Shown: positions 46,763-56,304 of the stretch, one piece after another | Layout of the letters: the number at the start of each line of letters is the position of its first letter | Position numbering within the stretch: the stretch's first letter is position 1 | Assembly: GCA_023381255.1 (NCBI GenBank) | Contig: JAMCTX010000002.1 | Location: 2,477 to 66,476 of the forward strand | Direction: 5' to 3' | From: Nitrososphaerota archaeon | GTDB lineage: Archaea > Thermoproteota > Nitrososphaeria > Conexivisphaerales > UBA164 | Length of the DNA stretch: 64,000 nt | Translations under genes and position numbers: made by a program | Notes under the pieces: generated by a model | Told to the model about the DNA's origin: nothing | Database searches by the model: none | The model's input: the letters and a program-made list of their open reading frames with translations, nothing else

Positions 46763-47860
46763 TTAAATGTGAACCGGGGAATTTAAAATGCAGGCCGGGT
46801 CAGACCCAAGCGGGTCTCCAAAGTACGCGAATGACCTTGCTCTGCTGCCACCGCATTCCCACCTATATTTGCATGTGCCGCAGTTGCCATTGAATGACCT
46901 GTTTCTGATGCTTTTCAGTAGCGAAGATTCTCTGTACACCTTAACCAGATCGTCATTTCTTACATTTCCAATCGGCAAGGGCAAAAATCCACCAGGATAA
47001 ATTGTCCCCTTGTGGTCAATAAAAATTATCCCGTCGCCGTCAAGCGTCCCCCTCTGGCCCAGCGTTGATTGTGATATGGGTTCTCCCATTTGTTTTACCA
47101 GTTCCTCATTCAGCTTTCTATATATGGGCGACGTGCACTTCTTTCCCTCGCTTCTTTCCTTCAGCACTCTTCTTATGAACGGACATTCAACGGTCCTGAT
47201 CTGTACATTATACTGCGATGCGTCGTAAAGGAAGTTGCAAACTGCCTCGTATTCTTCGGGCGTAAGGTCAAGAAGTTCCGAACCCCTTCCTGTCTGTATA
47301 AGGAAAAAAACTTCCCAAATCTTTATTCCGAGGTCATAAATTACCTTAAAAATCATGGGCAGCTCCATATAATTGATTTTCATGACTGCAGTGTTTACCT
47401 GAACCGTAATACCAGATTTAATTCCGTCATTTATCGCTTTGATTGTTTCCTGGTACACTCCGCTTATGCCCCTTATTTTTTCGTGTGTCGAGGATAGGCC
47501 GTCCAGGCTGATTGACATAAATTTTGCCCCAGCGTTTTTCATTATTGTCAGCGAATCCTGATTTAGCTTTTGGGATACAGCGGGCGATATCGCGACCGGC
47601 AACCCTGCCGACGACGCGCTTTTTATTAATTCATATATGTCGTCCCTTATCAACGGGTTGCCGCCAGTCATAATTAAAACCGGGGGCCTGGCAAGTTGGG
47701 CAAGCTGGCCAAACAAGTTTTTTGCCTCTTCAGTTGTAAGCTCTTCAGGGGACCTTGACTCGATTGCAGAGGCCCTGCAGTGAATGCACTTCAATTCGCA
47801 GGCCTTGGTGGTTTCCCAGAAAACTATAAGCGGTCCGTTATCGTATGAAAGTTTTAACAT
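46763..47860 (-). CDS. Radical SAM/SPASM protein, NirJ/Ahb-like (heme biosynthesis)
   Basis: 'WETTKACELKCIHCRA'; 'CGTCKY..ECGGSRAR...DPAC'. Confidence 0.82.
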   Translation of the reverse strand: MLKLSYDNGPLIVFWETTKACELKCIHCRASAIESRSPEELTTEEAKNLFGQLAQLARPPVLIMTGGNPLIRDDIYELIKSASSAGLPVAISPAVSQKLNQDSLTIMKNAGAKFMSISLDGLSSTHEKIRGISGVYQETIKAINDGIKSGITVQVNTAVMKINYMELPMIFKVIYDLGIKIWEVFFLIQTGRGSELLDLTPEEYEAVCNFLYDASQYNVQIRTVECPFIRRVLKERSEGKKCTSPIYRKLNEELVKQMGEPISQSTLGQRGTLDGDGIIFIDHKGTIYPGGFLPLPIGNVRNDDLVKVYRESSLLKSIRNRSFNGNCGTCKYRWECGGSRARSFAYFGDPLGSDPACILNSPVHI

Positions 47861-47975
47861 ACGCTGTAAGCATAATTTAATTTTAAATATATTGTTTGCT
47901 GAGTTTTTTAGGCGGCATAATTCTCATGCCTTTTCGCTATAAGCAAATTGTATGTGAGGAAGCCTTTTCCAGCAT

Positions 47976-48809
47976 TCAGTAGATCCTCAACAGCATATAG
48001 ATGCCTACCAAAATTATGATGGCGCCGTATACTAATCGTAATGTATTGCGCGGCGCCTTTACCGCAAGGCTTGTTCCCGCGTATCCCCCCACAACGCCCC
48101 CCACAACATAAAGAATGGCTATCGCAATCAGGGATTCGCCAAAAGCGGCATATTCAAGCCCGCTGGCTACGCCAAATGTGCCCACGCTCAGCAGGCTTGT
48201 TCCTATGGCCCTGGTAATGCAGAGCCCAGAAGAAAACATCAGACTTGGAACTATGAGGAACCCGCCTCCAATCCCGAAGTATCCGCTCAGCAATCCAACC
48301 AAAAACCCAAGACCGCCGACCTTCATGGACGTATTCTTTGTTAATTTTGGGCACTTCTTTAACGAATCATTTAGCCTGTCAGATTCAGCAACCGTGCCGG
48401 CTGAAGCTGACTCCTTCCTTATTGTCATGTAGGCCCCCAAAACTATCATTGCAATTGCAAAATATGTCAATAAATCACTGCCAGGGGTGATCCTGCCCAT
48501 ATATGCGCCTATAAGAGACCCTATTAAGCCAAGCACAGCAAACACTGATCCTACCCGGAGTGCCACGTTCTTCTTTCTCAAGTGCATGTAAGAGTTTATA
48601 TACGCATTGATTCCAACCGCCAGTGCTGTGGTGCCGATGGCTATGTGAGCGGCATTGGGCAGCGTATCGAGGCCGACAAAATACAGAAACAGCGGCACAG
48701 CAAGTATCGAACCCCCTCCGCCTATCAAGCCAAGCGAAAATCCCACAAGTATGCCTGATATCACCGCCAGCAAAAACTGGATAGTCGTTATCATTTCTAA
48801 ATATATCAT
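47976..48809 (-). CDS. TauE/SafE (TSUP) family exporter
   Basis: 'GLIGGGGSILAVP', 'GIGGGFLIVP', 'AIGTSL'. Confidence 0.9.
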   Translation of the reverse strand: MIYLEMITTIQFLLAVISGILVGFSLGLIGGGGSILAVPLFLYFVGLDTLPNAAHIAIGTTALAVGINAYINSYMHLRKKNVALRVGSVFAVLGLIGSLIGAYMGRITPGSDLLTYFAIAMIVLGAYMTIRKESASAGTVAESDRLNDSLKKCPKLTKNTSMKVGGLGFLVGLLSGYFGIGGGFLIVPSLMFSSGLCITRAIGTSLLSVGTFGVASGLEYAAFGESLIAIAILYVVGGVVGGYAGTSLAVKAPRNTLRLVYGAIIILVGIYMLLRIY

Positions 48810-48921
48810 TGATACATTTTATAAATATTGCTAAAAAATCAATTATAAGAATTTGTATCTTAAATTAGAAGATGCGCGGTTTAGTTAAACTTATATTAAT
48901 TGATATTTAAAACAATGCAGC

Positions 48922-48997
48922 GCGGTTGTCGTCTAGCCTGGTCTAGGACGTCAGCCCTCCAAGCTGAAGATCGCGGGTCCAAATCCCGCCGACCGCA
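48922..48997 (+). tRNA. tRNA-Gly(TCC), with atypical C33 and C55
   Basis: Cloverleaf close to the tRNA-Gly(CCC) copy; anticodon loop CCTCCAA; T-loop TCCAAAT. Confidence 0.85.
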
Positions 48998-49039
48998 TGC
49001 GCGAACTAAAAATTTCTCAGAAACGATTATCAACGCTAA

Positions 49040-49597
49040 ATGGAGCTGATTTTCATGGTTGAAGATAGGGTACTGGGACCCACGCTCCTTAAAAACCCAG
49101 TCAGAAAGCTCGTAGAACCAAGGAACAGGGTATTGAAAAGGATAAAAAAATACATAGGTGATGGCATGTCGGTGCTTGACGCCGGCTCTGGCCCGGGCTA
49201 CTATACGGAAGAGCTGCTGAAGGCGGTTGGGATGAGCGGCACTGTAGCCGCCGTTGACCCAAATCCAAAATCAATAAGCGAACTCAAAAAGTTAAATTAC
49301 GGCAATCTCACGGCTGTCGTGGGGTCAGCCACCGACCTGAAATTTGAAGACAACTCCTTTGATTTTGTATTTTCAAACCTGCTTTTGTGTTGCGTATACA
49401 ATTATAAAAAAGCTTTAGAAGAAATGATAAGGGTGTTGAAACCCAATGCCACGTCATACATAAGCGTTTCACGCTCATTCATAAACGTCAAACCGGGCAT
49501 AAATGCTGATGAATGGAAAGAAATACTGTCAAAATTCAAAGTGCTTGAAACTGGGGAAGGCATTACTGACAGGTGGGCTGTCGTTCAAAAAATTTGA
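49040..49597 (+). CDS. Class I SAM-dependent methyltransferase
   Basis: 'VLDAGSGPG', 'FEDNSFDFV', 'RVLKP'. Confidence 0.88.
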   Translation: MELIFMVEDRVLGPTLLKNPVRKLVEPRNRVLKRIKKYIGDGMSVLDAGSGPGYYTEELLKAVGMSGTVAAVDPNPKSISELKKLNYGNLTAVVGSATDLKFEDNSFDFVFSNLLLCCVYNYKKALEEMIRVLKPNATSYISVSRSFINVKPGINADEWKEILSKFKVLETGEGITDRWAVVQKI

Positions 49598-50106
49598 TTG
49601 CCATATTTGGAGCTCTTTTCAAGGTCATACTTTATCTGCCGCATTTTTTCAAGAGTTGATTTATCAAGCATGACCCTGCAGAACGAATCGAGGGTATTGT
49701 ATATTGAATAATCAACTATGTTTTTAACAGATGCCGGCACCTCGTTTGGCGACATGATGTTAGCTATTATTGCCTGCTGAATTTCAACATATAATTTGAG
49801 CGCCTCCTTGAGCGTTTGGTCCTTGGGTTCAAAGCTCATTGGCTTGGCCGGTTGATATGAAAGCGCAGCAGCCCTGTAAAATTTTTTCTGCATGTTTTTC
49901 ACGTTTTCGGATTTCACCAATTCTATTATTCCAGATTCTGATAATTTTACAATCCTTCTCCACAGCTTCACCGTGGGGAGTTTCAGCTTTCTCGACAGGT
50001 CAGTTACCGAATACTCATTAAACACAAGTTCCTTTAAAATGCTCTGATTTATAGGGTCAAGCAACAACTTGTGACGCTTGTCGTCCAGCATCATGATTTT
50101 TTTCAT
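49585..50106 (-). CDS. Winged-HTH (ArsR-like) regulator
   Basis: 'DPINQSILKEL', 'SVTDLSRKL', 'KFYRA'. Confidence 0.75.
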   Translation of the reverse strand: MKKIMMLDDKRHKLLLDPINQSILKELVFNEYSVTDLSRKLKLPTVKLWRRIVKLSESGIIELVKSENVKNMQKKFYRAAALSYQPAKPMSFEPKDQTLKEALKLYVEIQQAIIANIMSPNEVPASVKNIVDYSIYNTLDSFCRVMLDKSTLEKMRQIKYDLEKSSKYGNQIF

Positions 50107-50142
50107 AATCTGTTTTTGCCAGCGCGCTATTTAAAGATAAAT

Positions 50143-50243
50143 ATTTCCTAAAAGTGTTCTTTTGGGAAATAGTTTAATGAAAGCAAACCGAACTTTTGCT
50201 GTATTTTCCTAAAACTTCGCATTTTTTACAATTATAGGAAAAA
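50143..50243. promoter_or_regulatory. Conserved upstream element with 28-bp palindrome (copy 2)
   Basis: ATTTCCTAAAAG-tgtt-CTTTTGGGAAAT at 50143-50170, just upstream of the TTTAAATA box of the wHTH gene. Confidence 0.6.
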
Positions 50244-50475
50244 ACTATGCTTATAATTATCGATGATTGGTCTTAAATACCGGTTTAAGCATCTGTAGTT
50301 TGTTAGCCGCATAATAGCAATAATCCCTTAACGAGGATCAAGACAATATTTGCTTATTGCAAAGCCATAGCTTAGCTTCTGATGGAATTTAAAAAATCCC
50401 GTACATGGAAGCGCAATTTGCGTGGGTGAAGCTGGACGTGATGCACTTTGGCAAGACATAGTTCACAGATTTTCA

Positions 50476-51768
50476 TTAATGGCGCTTTTTTGCATATCTA
50501 ACCAGCAAGACCGTGGAGATGGCCGCTACAGTAACTATTATAGGCACAGAATAGGGATAAGCTATATACCATGGGCTAACTACCTTCCAATTATTTATTA
50601 TGATGACATGATGAATATATTTCACGAGTATTGTGGTGCCAGAATTTATAACTCCATCATTCCCTTCCAATTTAGCAGATGACTCCGTCGATATGGATGA
50701 AAAATTTATTACATGCACCAGGCTGGTCTCAAGAGGCACCAGCGCACTGTGAACAAAATTCCCTGCTAAAATTGTGTTCAAGATTGCCAAATCTGTGCCT
50801 GGCATTTGCGTATATACTTCAAATTGGGTGAAAGAGCGAATACCGTTTGGAGTATCAAATGAATGCGCATACTCTGTAGCTCCGGTAGGCGGATAAAACG
50901 TTCCACCGCTTCCTGCCATTGTAGAAGGTGGATATGTAGCCCCTGCCATAAACCCGTTGTCAGCACTTGAACTTGAACTATTGGCATAATATACATTGTT
51001 TAGATAATTGTTTCCAGCAAAGAATGAACCATATACTACAAATGCCGAGTTTGTAAAGTCTCCATAATTACTTTCATTTATCTCAAGTCCGATCGATGGA
51101 TAGAAGTAATTGCCATTAACATCTATACCAGCACCTACGTTCCCTATGCTAGTAACGCCAACTAAAGTTCCTTTAATAATATATCCATTAATAAAAGCAT
51201 ATATATTTCCTGAAGGTGTAATTACTGCCAAATAATATACAGTAGTAGGCAATGTCCCTGTCCCAAGACCCAATATGTACCACCATCCAGTATACCCATC
51301 ATATGTAGTATAATTTAATTGCATAAAAGCTATCTGCCCATTCGGTGAAATTTGTATTGAAGTCCAAGCAATAGGAGAAATACCAGTTATATAAGTTGGT
51401 GAAAATGCCCATACTTGAAATGAAGGATAATATTCCCCTGTGTTAGTTATAGTAACCACCGCTTGAATCCATACTTCAATCGTTTGGCTACCGTCAGGCA
51501 TAGTACCCGTAGCTTCTACAGGCACATTGAGCAGTACTCCACCATAATTTATACTTGATGAATTTATATCACTTGGAATCCATTGAAATTGATATTGGCT
51601 ATATCCCGTGGCCTCTGAGTATCCACCTATTGCCCAATCTATTGAATTTGACGAAGATTGAATCTGCGCATTGGCAACATTTGGTGAAATATTATGGAAG
51701 ACTGTCAGCCCATCCAGTGCAATGGTGGCAGTCAATGCAATTACCAATACCAGCGATAAGGCCTTCAT
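50476..51768 (-). CDS. Secreted, C-terminally anchored surface protein
   Basis: Signal peptide; S/T/N/Y/G-rich body; C-terminal TM plus basic tail; AT-rich coding sequence. Confidence 0.7.
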   Translation of the reverse strand: MKALSLVLVIALTATIALDGLTVFHNISPNVANAQIQSSSNSIDWAIGGYSEATGYSQYQFQWIPSDINSSSINYGGVLLNVPVEATGTMPDGSQTIEVWIQAVVTITNTGEYYPSFQVWAFSPTYITGISPIAWTSIQISPNGQIAFMQLNYTTYDGYTGWWYILGLGTGTLPTTVYYLAVITPSGNIYAFINGYIIKGTLVGVTSIGNVGAGIDVNGNYFYPSIGLEINESNYGDFTNSAFVVYGSFFAGNNYLNNVYYANSSSSSADNGFMAGATYPPSTMAGSGGTFYPPTGATEYAHSFDTPNGIRSFTQFEVYTQMPGTDLAILNTILAGNFVHSALVPLETSLVHVINFSSISTESSAKLEGNDGVINSGTTILVKYIHHVIIINNWKVVSPWYIAYPYSVPIIVTVAAISTVLLVRYAKKRH

Positions 51769-52071
51769 ATTTTTATTATTATATTTTTGATTATTAAGCA
51801 TAAGGTGAAATTTGTGTTTTACCTTTTAATGAATACTCCATTGTTAAAGCATTATGAATGTTTTATTAGTATACATAGAGTCAGTTTGCTGGCGCATTAT
51901 TATATAAAATTCCATCTTACCTTCATATCAGTTACATGCTATACCGCTAAGCATATATTCTCTAACATTTTTTGCAATTACAGGAAAAAATTTAGCATGT
52001 AAAAATTGTTGTTGGTTTGACAGATTTTTTTAAAAAATGGGATGCAAAAAATATGAGATAAATTGCTTATT

Positions 52072-52767
52072 TTATATATTAATTGATAATCCGCCGCGCT
52101 GGCCGCCTGAATTTGGCAAAAATGGTATGAGAGCCTGAGCCAATTGCAACGCAGTAAGCGAGTGCACCCATACGCTGCCCGGCCCCTCAATGTCAACGAA
52201 AAAGAGCCCCTCATGCGAAAACAGCATTGATTTTAGCCCGCCTACTCTGCTTATTCCATATTTCATGTTTGACTGAAAGGCAAGAAGGTGGGCTGCTTCA
52301 ACCTGTATTTTCTGCCCGGGCTGCAGAGTTATCTGATCAAGTGCCCCGTATGCATGCAGAAACAATTTTCCTGATCCGGTGAACCTGGCAAGGAAAAGGC
52401 CTTCGCCACCAAATATGCCGGCTGAAAGTTTTGCCATCTGCGAATCATAATTTACGCTGTTTTCTGCCACCAAAAATGAGTGCGCTTCCGCCAATATGGG
52501 TTGGTCAACATCAATTTGGAAAACCTTCCCCGGAAATATCCCAGCAAATGCTGCTTCTCCTGGGCCGCTTACCTGTGTCACAAAAAAGGTGGAACCCGTT
52601 ATTTCTCTTTTCAGTGCTCCAAATAACCCCCCCTTCATTATGGTTTGCATCGAGACCGTTTCAGATTTGGTTAGCATATGACCTGCATCGCCGTAGACGC
52701 TTTCTCCTGGGCCCAGTTTCACCTTGACATACTGCAAATCATTTCCTTGAATGTTAAATTCGACCAT
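52072..52767 (-). CDS. AIM24 family protein
   Basis: 'IQGNDLQ', 'GIFGGEGLF', 'EGLF..IEGPGSVW'. Confidence 0.88.
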   Translation of the reverse strand: MVEFNIQGNDLQYVKVKLGPGESVYGDAGHMLTKSETVSMQTIMKGGLFGALKREITGSTFFVTQVSGPGEAAFAGIFPGKVFQIDVDQPILAEAHSFLVAENSVNYDSQMAKLSAGIFGGEGLFLARFTGSGKLFLHAYGALDQITLQPGQKIQVEAAHLLAFQSNMKYGISRVGGLKSMLFSHEGLFFVDIEGPGSVWVHSLTALQLAQALIPFLPNSGGQRGGLSINI

Positions 52768-52897
52768 GCAATTTAATAATCAATTTATTGTTTTATATAA
52801 TTTGCGTTTTATAAAGATGGTTTAATTAAATCAGCAGTCAGGCACATAAAATATATCTAACTAGATATCGAGCTAGAATACCACCAAGAACCTTAAA

Positions 52898-53692
52898 TTA
52901 CCTACCTTTGATGATATTAATTATGTCATCAATTTTTGCGGGTTTGAACCCGTTAATGCTGTTGCCAGACAGTGTCATGTTATAAAGCTCAATGTTGCCA
53001 TGCATTATGGCAAATTTTTCCAGCAGCTGTTTGCCTATTCTGAGCTTTGCGATTTTCCTTGCCTTATCCTTTTTTGATATATTTGAAAAATTGCCGATTT
53101 CCTCCCCAAAATCCATGCCTATCAGCACGATCATTTCCGGGCCAAGTACGAGCGCGAATTGAGCACTCCTATCGCCATCAGTGAATCCCCCGAAATTGTA
53201 AAGATTTCCGCGGGGCTCGCATTGCGTGGTTCCGATTAAACTTTTTAGCTGGTGCACGTAACTGGTTAATGCATCAATGTTGTCTCCATGAGAATGCACA
53301 ACAGTCACGGAGCCGTCGTTTGACATTTTGACCTCCTCTTCCGGATAACCGTCAAGGTCAGTGACTATGAAATCTGGATTGGTGCCGGTTATTTTCTTTA
53401 ATGCGTAAGAAGCCCCATCCGCAGCTATCGTCACAAAATTTTCTAGGATGGAGTTTGCCATCAAAGATTCCAGGTCGGCTTCCAGGGAAGGGCCTGCACC
53501 CAAAACCAGAACTTTCCTGCCGCCATACTGCTTAACGATTTTTCTCAGATCGATTGCCGGCTTCCTGTCCATAAGCCGGTTAAGGTATGACGAACTCATG
53601 TAATCCTTGCCGATATCCAACCCGAGTTTGTCGGCTATTTCAAAATAAGAACCTGCGTCCCATCCGTTAAGGTGAAAGTACTGCCCGTCCAA
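52898..53692 (-). CDS. mptE: 6-hydroxymethyl-7,8-dihydropterin pyrophosphokinase MptE-like
   Basis: 'GAGPSL', 'AADGA', 'VTDLDG', 'HSHGDN', 'NFGGFTDGDR'. Confidence 0.85.
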   Translation of the reverse strand: MDGQYFHLNGWDAGSYFEIADKLGLDIGKDYMSSSYLNRLMDRKPAIDLRKIVKQYGGRKVLVLGAGPSLEADLESLMANSILENFVTIAADGASYALKKITGTNPDFIVTDLDGYPEEEVKMSNDGSVTVVHSHGDNIDALTSYVHQLKSLIGTTQCEPRGNLYNFGGFTDGDRSAQFALVLGPEMIVLIGMDFGEEIGNFSNISKKDKARKIAKLRIGKQLLEKFAIMHGNIELYNMTLSGNSINGFKPAKIDDIINIIKGR

Positions 53693-54677
53693 CTATCCTT
53701 CCATCCTTCATCATTTTTAAAACTTCATTGGCTTCAGCCACTTTAAACCTTGTGGTTTTAATTTTTATTTTACCCTTTGATGCCAGGTACAAAACTTCAT
53801 TCATGTCGCTGCGAGGCCCAATCATGGACCCCCTGACCTTAATCTCCTTTACAAACCTGAAATCGTGAATATCCCCGAAGACGCCCATCACAAACGTTCC
53901 CCTCTTTTTTACAAGCCTGAGGGAAGCGTCAATTGCTTTTTGCGATGGCGAAAACACTATCACAGAACCTGCACTATCATGGTATTTTTCAAGATTATCA
54001 TAGTTCCTGTTTGTCATTATTACATCGTCAGCCCCCATTTCCTTTGCCAGCTGGGCATGTTCATCACTTGTAGACACCGCGATCACGCGGGCACCAAACA
54101 GTTTGGAAGTCTGTATTGCTACATGCCCCACTCCCCCTATACCAACCACATAGACCGTGCTTTCTGGGCCAAGGGCTGCCATCTTTGAGGCCCTGTAAGC
54201 CGTTACGCCAGGGCAGAACAGAGGCGCATCCGACTGCAAGTCTATCCCTTCCGGTATGCTGTACACGTAGTTTGCCTTTGCAAGCACGTATTCTGCATAG
54301 CCTCCGTCAACGGTTTCGCCAGTTATCTGCGCGCTGTCACATAAATGCTCATTGCCTGTAAGGCAGTGTTCACACCTTCCGCAGCTGTTCCATAGTGGTG
54401 ACAAGCCCACGGGCTGGCCAGCCTTCAGGTTATTCACCCCTTCCCCAAGCTCAGCAACTTTGCCTATTATTTCATGCCCGGGAATTATTGGCAATTTAGC
54501 GGGCACCCCGTACTGAACCCAGTCGCCCTCTATCATATGAAGATTTGAATGGCAGACGCCGGTTGATATGATCTTTACCAGGATTTCGCCGGTTGAAGGT
54601 TTGGGGGTAGGATAATCTTCGTATTTTAGCGGATTAGATTCAATTTTTCCAACATCATGCAGGACCATCGCTTTCAT
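53667..54677 (-). CDS. Zinc-dependent alcohol dehydrogenase
   Basis: 'GVCHS', 'PGHE', 'CGRCEHC...C', 'GIGGVG'. Confidence 0.92.
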   Translation of the reverse strand: MKAMVLHDVGKIESNPLKYEDYPTPKPSTGEILVKIISTGVCHSNLHMIEGDWVQYGVPAKLPIIPGHEIIGKVAELGEGVNNLKAGQPVGLSPLWNSCGRCEHCLTGNEHLCDSAQITGETVDGGYAEYVLAKANYVYSIPEGIDLQSDAPLFCPGVTAYRASKMAALGPESTVYVVGIGGVGHVAIQTSKLFGARVIAVSTSDEHAQLAKEMGADDVIMTNRNYDNLEKYHDSAGSVIVFSPSQKAIDASLRLVKKRGTFVMGVFGDIHDFRFVKEIKVRGSMIGPRSDMNEVLYLASKGKIKIKTTRFKVAEANEVLKMMKDGRIVGRAVLSP

Positions 54678-54830
54678 GCATATTATTTGATGCCATTAAT
54701 TTAAAAAGCTATATGAAGATGTTAAACCTGTGCACAGGCGGTTTTCATACCAAAAATTTATCGCAAACCAGGCATTCACGTTGCGCACAACCTGAAATGT
54801 GCACTCGGTCATTATGTTTATTTAGATGGT

Positions 54831-55169
54831 ATGAAAATAATATATAAAATGACAAAAGCGAAAAATCCAAAGGGCCTTCTTGAAGCCTGCGCGCTTTATC
54901 TTTCATCCAAGTATCCATTTACAGGGAAAGATCTAATGGACTTCACAAGTAAAATCACCGCCGGCGCCTGGAAACCAAGTCCGGGTTCTGTCTACCCTCT
55001 GCTGGAAAGGCTTAAGATGCGGGGGTTAATTTATTCGGTCTCTTCTGAAAGATATATAATTACGGACAGCGGCAAACAGGAACTGAATAACCTGGTATTG
55101 CAGCTTAAAAATATCAAAGGCATGATAGATGCAGTACTGGATAATATCAAAACTGACCAAACAAAATAA
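54831..55169 (+). CDS. PadR family regulator
   Basis: 'WKPSPGSVYPLL', 'YIITDSGK'. Confidence 0.88.
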   Translation: MKIIYKMTKAKNPKGLLEACALYLSSKYPFTGKDLMDFTSKITAGAWKPSPGSVYPLLERLKMRGLIYSVSSERYIITDSGKQELNNLVLQLKNIKGMIDAVLDNIKTDQTK

Positions 55170-55183
55170 GGCGCAAGTTAAAC

Positions 55184-55243
55184 GCGACTCAGACAAATGC
55201 CTTCATATCACTGATCACCATAACTCTGAATCATCACAGTCGC
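55184..55243 (-). ncRNA. Box C/D methylation-guide sRNA (dual guide, probable 23S rRNA H69-H70 targets)
   Basis: GCGACT-GTGATGA(C)-TTCAGAGTTATG-GTGA(D')-TCA-GTGATAT(C')-GAAGGCATTTGT-CTGA(D)-GTCGC; terminal stem; AT-rich TATA-like box upstream. Confidence 0.85.
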
Positions 55244-55401
55244 TGACCGGTATATTATAACCAAACTTAATTAATTTACCTGAGTCACAACACGGAAAAA
55301 TCATACCAAACAGGCCTCCTATACATCAACCAATTCAGTTGGTAAATTGAAACATAAATATTTATTAACACTTAAAACAAGTGTTGGGAAGGTGAAGGCT
55401 T

Positions 55402-56304
55402 ATAGGCCACAGAAAGCATCATGCACCACATAGAGGATCTTTGGCGTTTTATCCAAGGGTGAGGACGTCTCACATTATGCCCAGGATAAGATACGTTAGT
55501 CAGGATAGTAATCTTGGACTAGCGGCAGCTGTTGGATTAAAGGCTGGTATGGGCCACGCTTTAATTGTCGATGACAGGAGCGGGAGCCCAAATTTTGGCA
55601 AACCGCTTTTTGTTTCTTATACGGTTGTTGCAATTCCTCAAATCAAGGTGGTTGATGCGAAAATTTACAAGGAAATTGACGGGTATCTCAAAAACACCGG
55701 TAAGCTGGGACAGGATTCTGATATCAAGGGCGCTGATGAAATAAGGGCAATAGCCCAGATTGTCCCCAAGGATTCTGGTTTTTCGCAGAAAAAACCGTTT
55801 GAAATTGAAATCCCCATTACAGGAAAAAACAACGAAGAAAAGGCCGAATTTGTAAAAAAGTATATCGGGCAGTCTTTTGACCAAAACGAGGTTCTGTCAA
55901 AATGGAGCTATGTAGATATAGTCGGGATCACTAAGGGCAGAGGGTTTCAGGGACCAGTAAAGAGGTTTGGGATAAAGAGGAAGCAGCACAAATCCAGGAA
56001 AAGCGTCAGGGCTGTAGGGACAATAGGTCCCTGGCATCCCGCATCCGTAATGTATACTGTTCCAAGAGCCGGGCAAATGGGATACCACAGAAGGACGATA
56101 TACAACCTGAGAATCATGGGCATTTCCAAAGAGCCCGGAATTCAGCTTACGACCAAGACAGTAAAAGGCAACTATCTGCTGCTGAAGGGCACCGTGCCAG
56201 GACCGGTTGGAAGGCCAGTGGTGATAAGGAAGGCAGTGAGGATAAAGGCGCAGGCAAAAATGCCATCCATAATAAATTTAAGCTTAAATGGTGTTAAAAT
56301 ATGA
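55402..56304 (+). CDS. rpl3: 50S ribosomal protein uL3 (apparent ATA start)
   Basis: (M)GHRKHHAPHRGSLAFYPR; 'KAGM'; 'TKGRGFQGPVKRFG'; 'RAGQMGYH'. Confidence 0.93.
   Translation: MGHRKHHAPHRGSLAFYPRVRTSHIMPRIRYVSQDSNLGLAAAVGLKAGMGHALIVDDRSGSPNFGKPLFVSYTVVAIPQIKVVDAKIYKEIDGYLKNTGKLGQDSDIKGADEIRAIAQIVPKDSGFSQKKPFEIEIPITGKNNEEKAEFVKKYIGQSFDQNEVLSKWSYVDIVGITKGRGFQGPVKRFGIKRKQHKSRKSVRAVGTIGPWHPASVMYTVPRAGQMGYHRRTIYNLRIMGISKEPGIQLTTKTVKGNYLLLKGTVPGPVGRPVVIRKAVRIKAQAKMPSIINLSLNGVKI

Noticed and set aside
54726-54805. Three TG(T/C)GCAC motifs between adh and padR
   Set aside because: Short and irregularly spaced; they could be operators but cannot be distinguished from chance by eye
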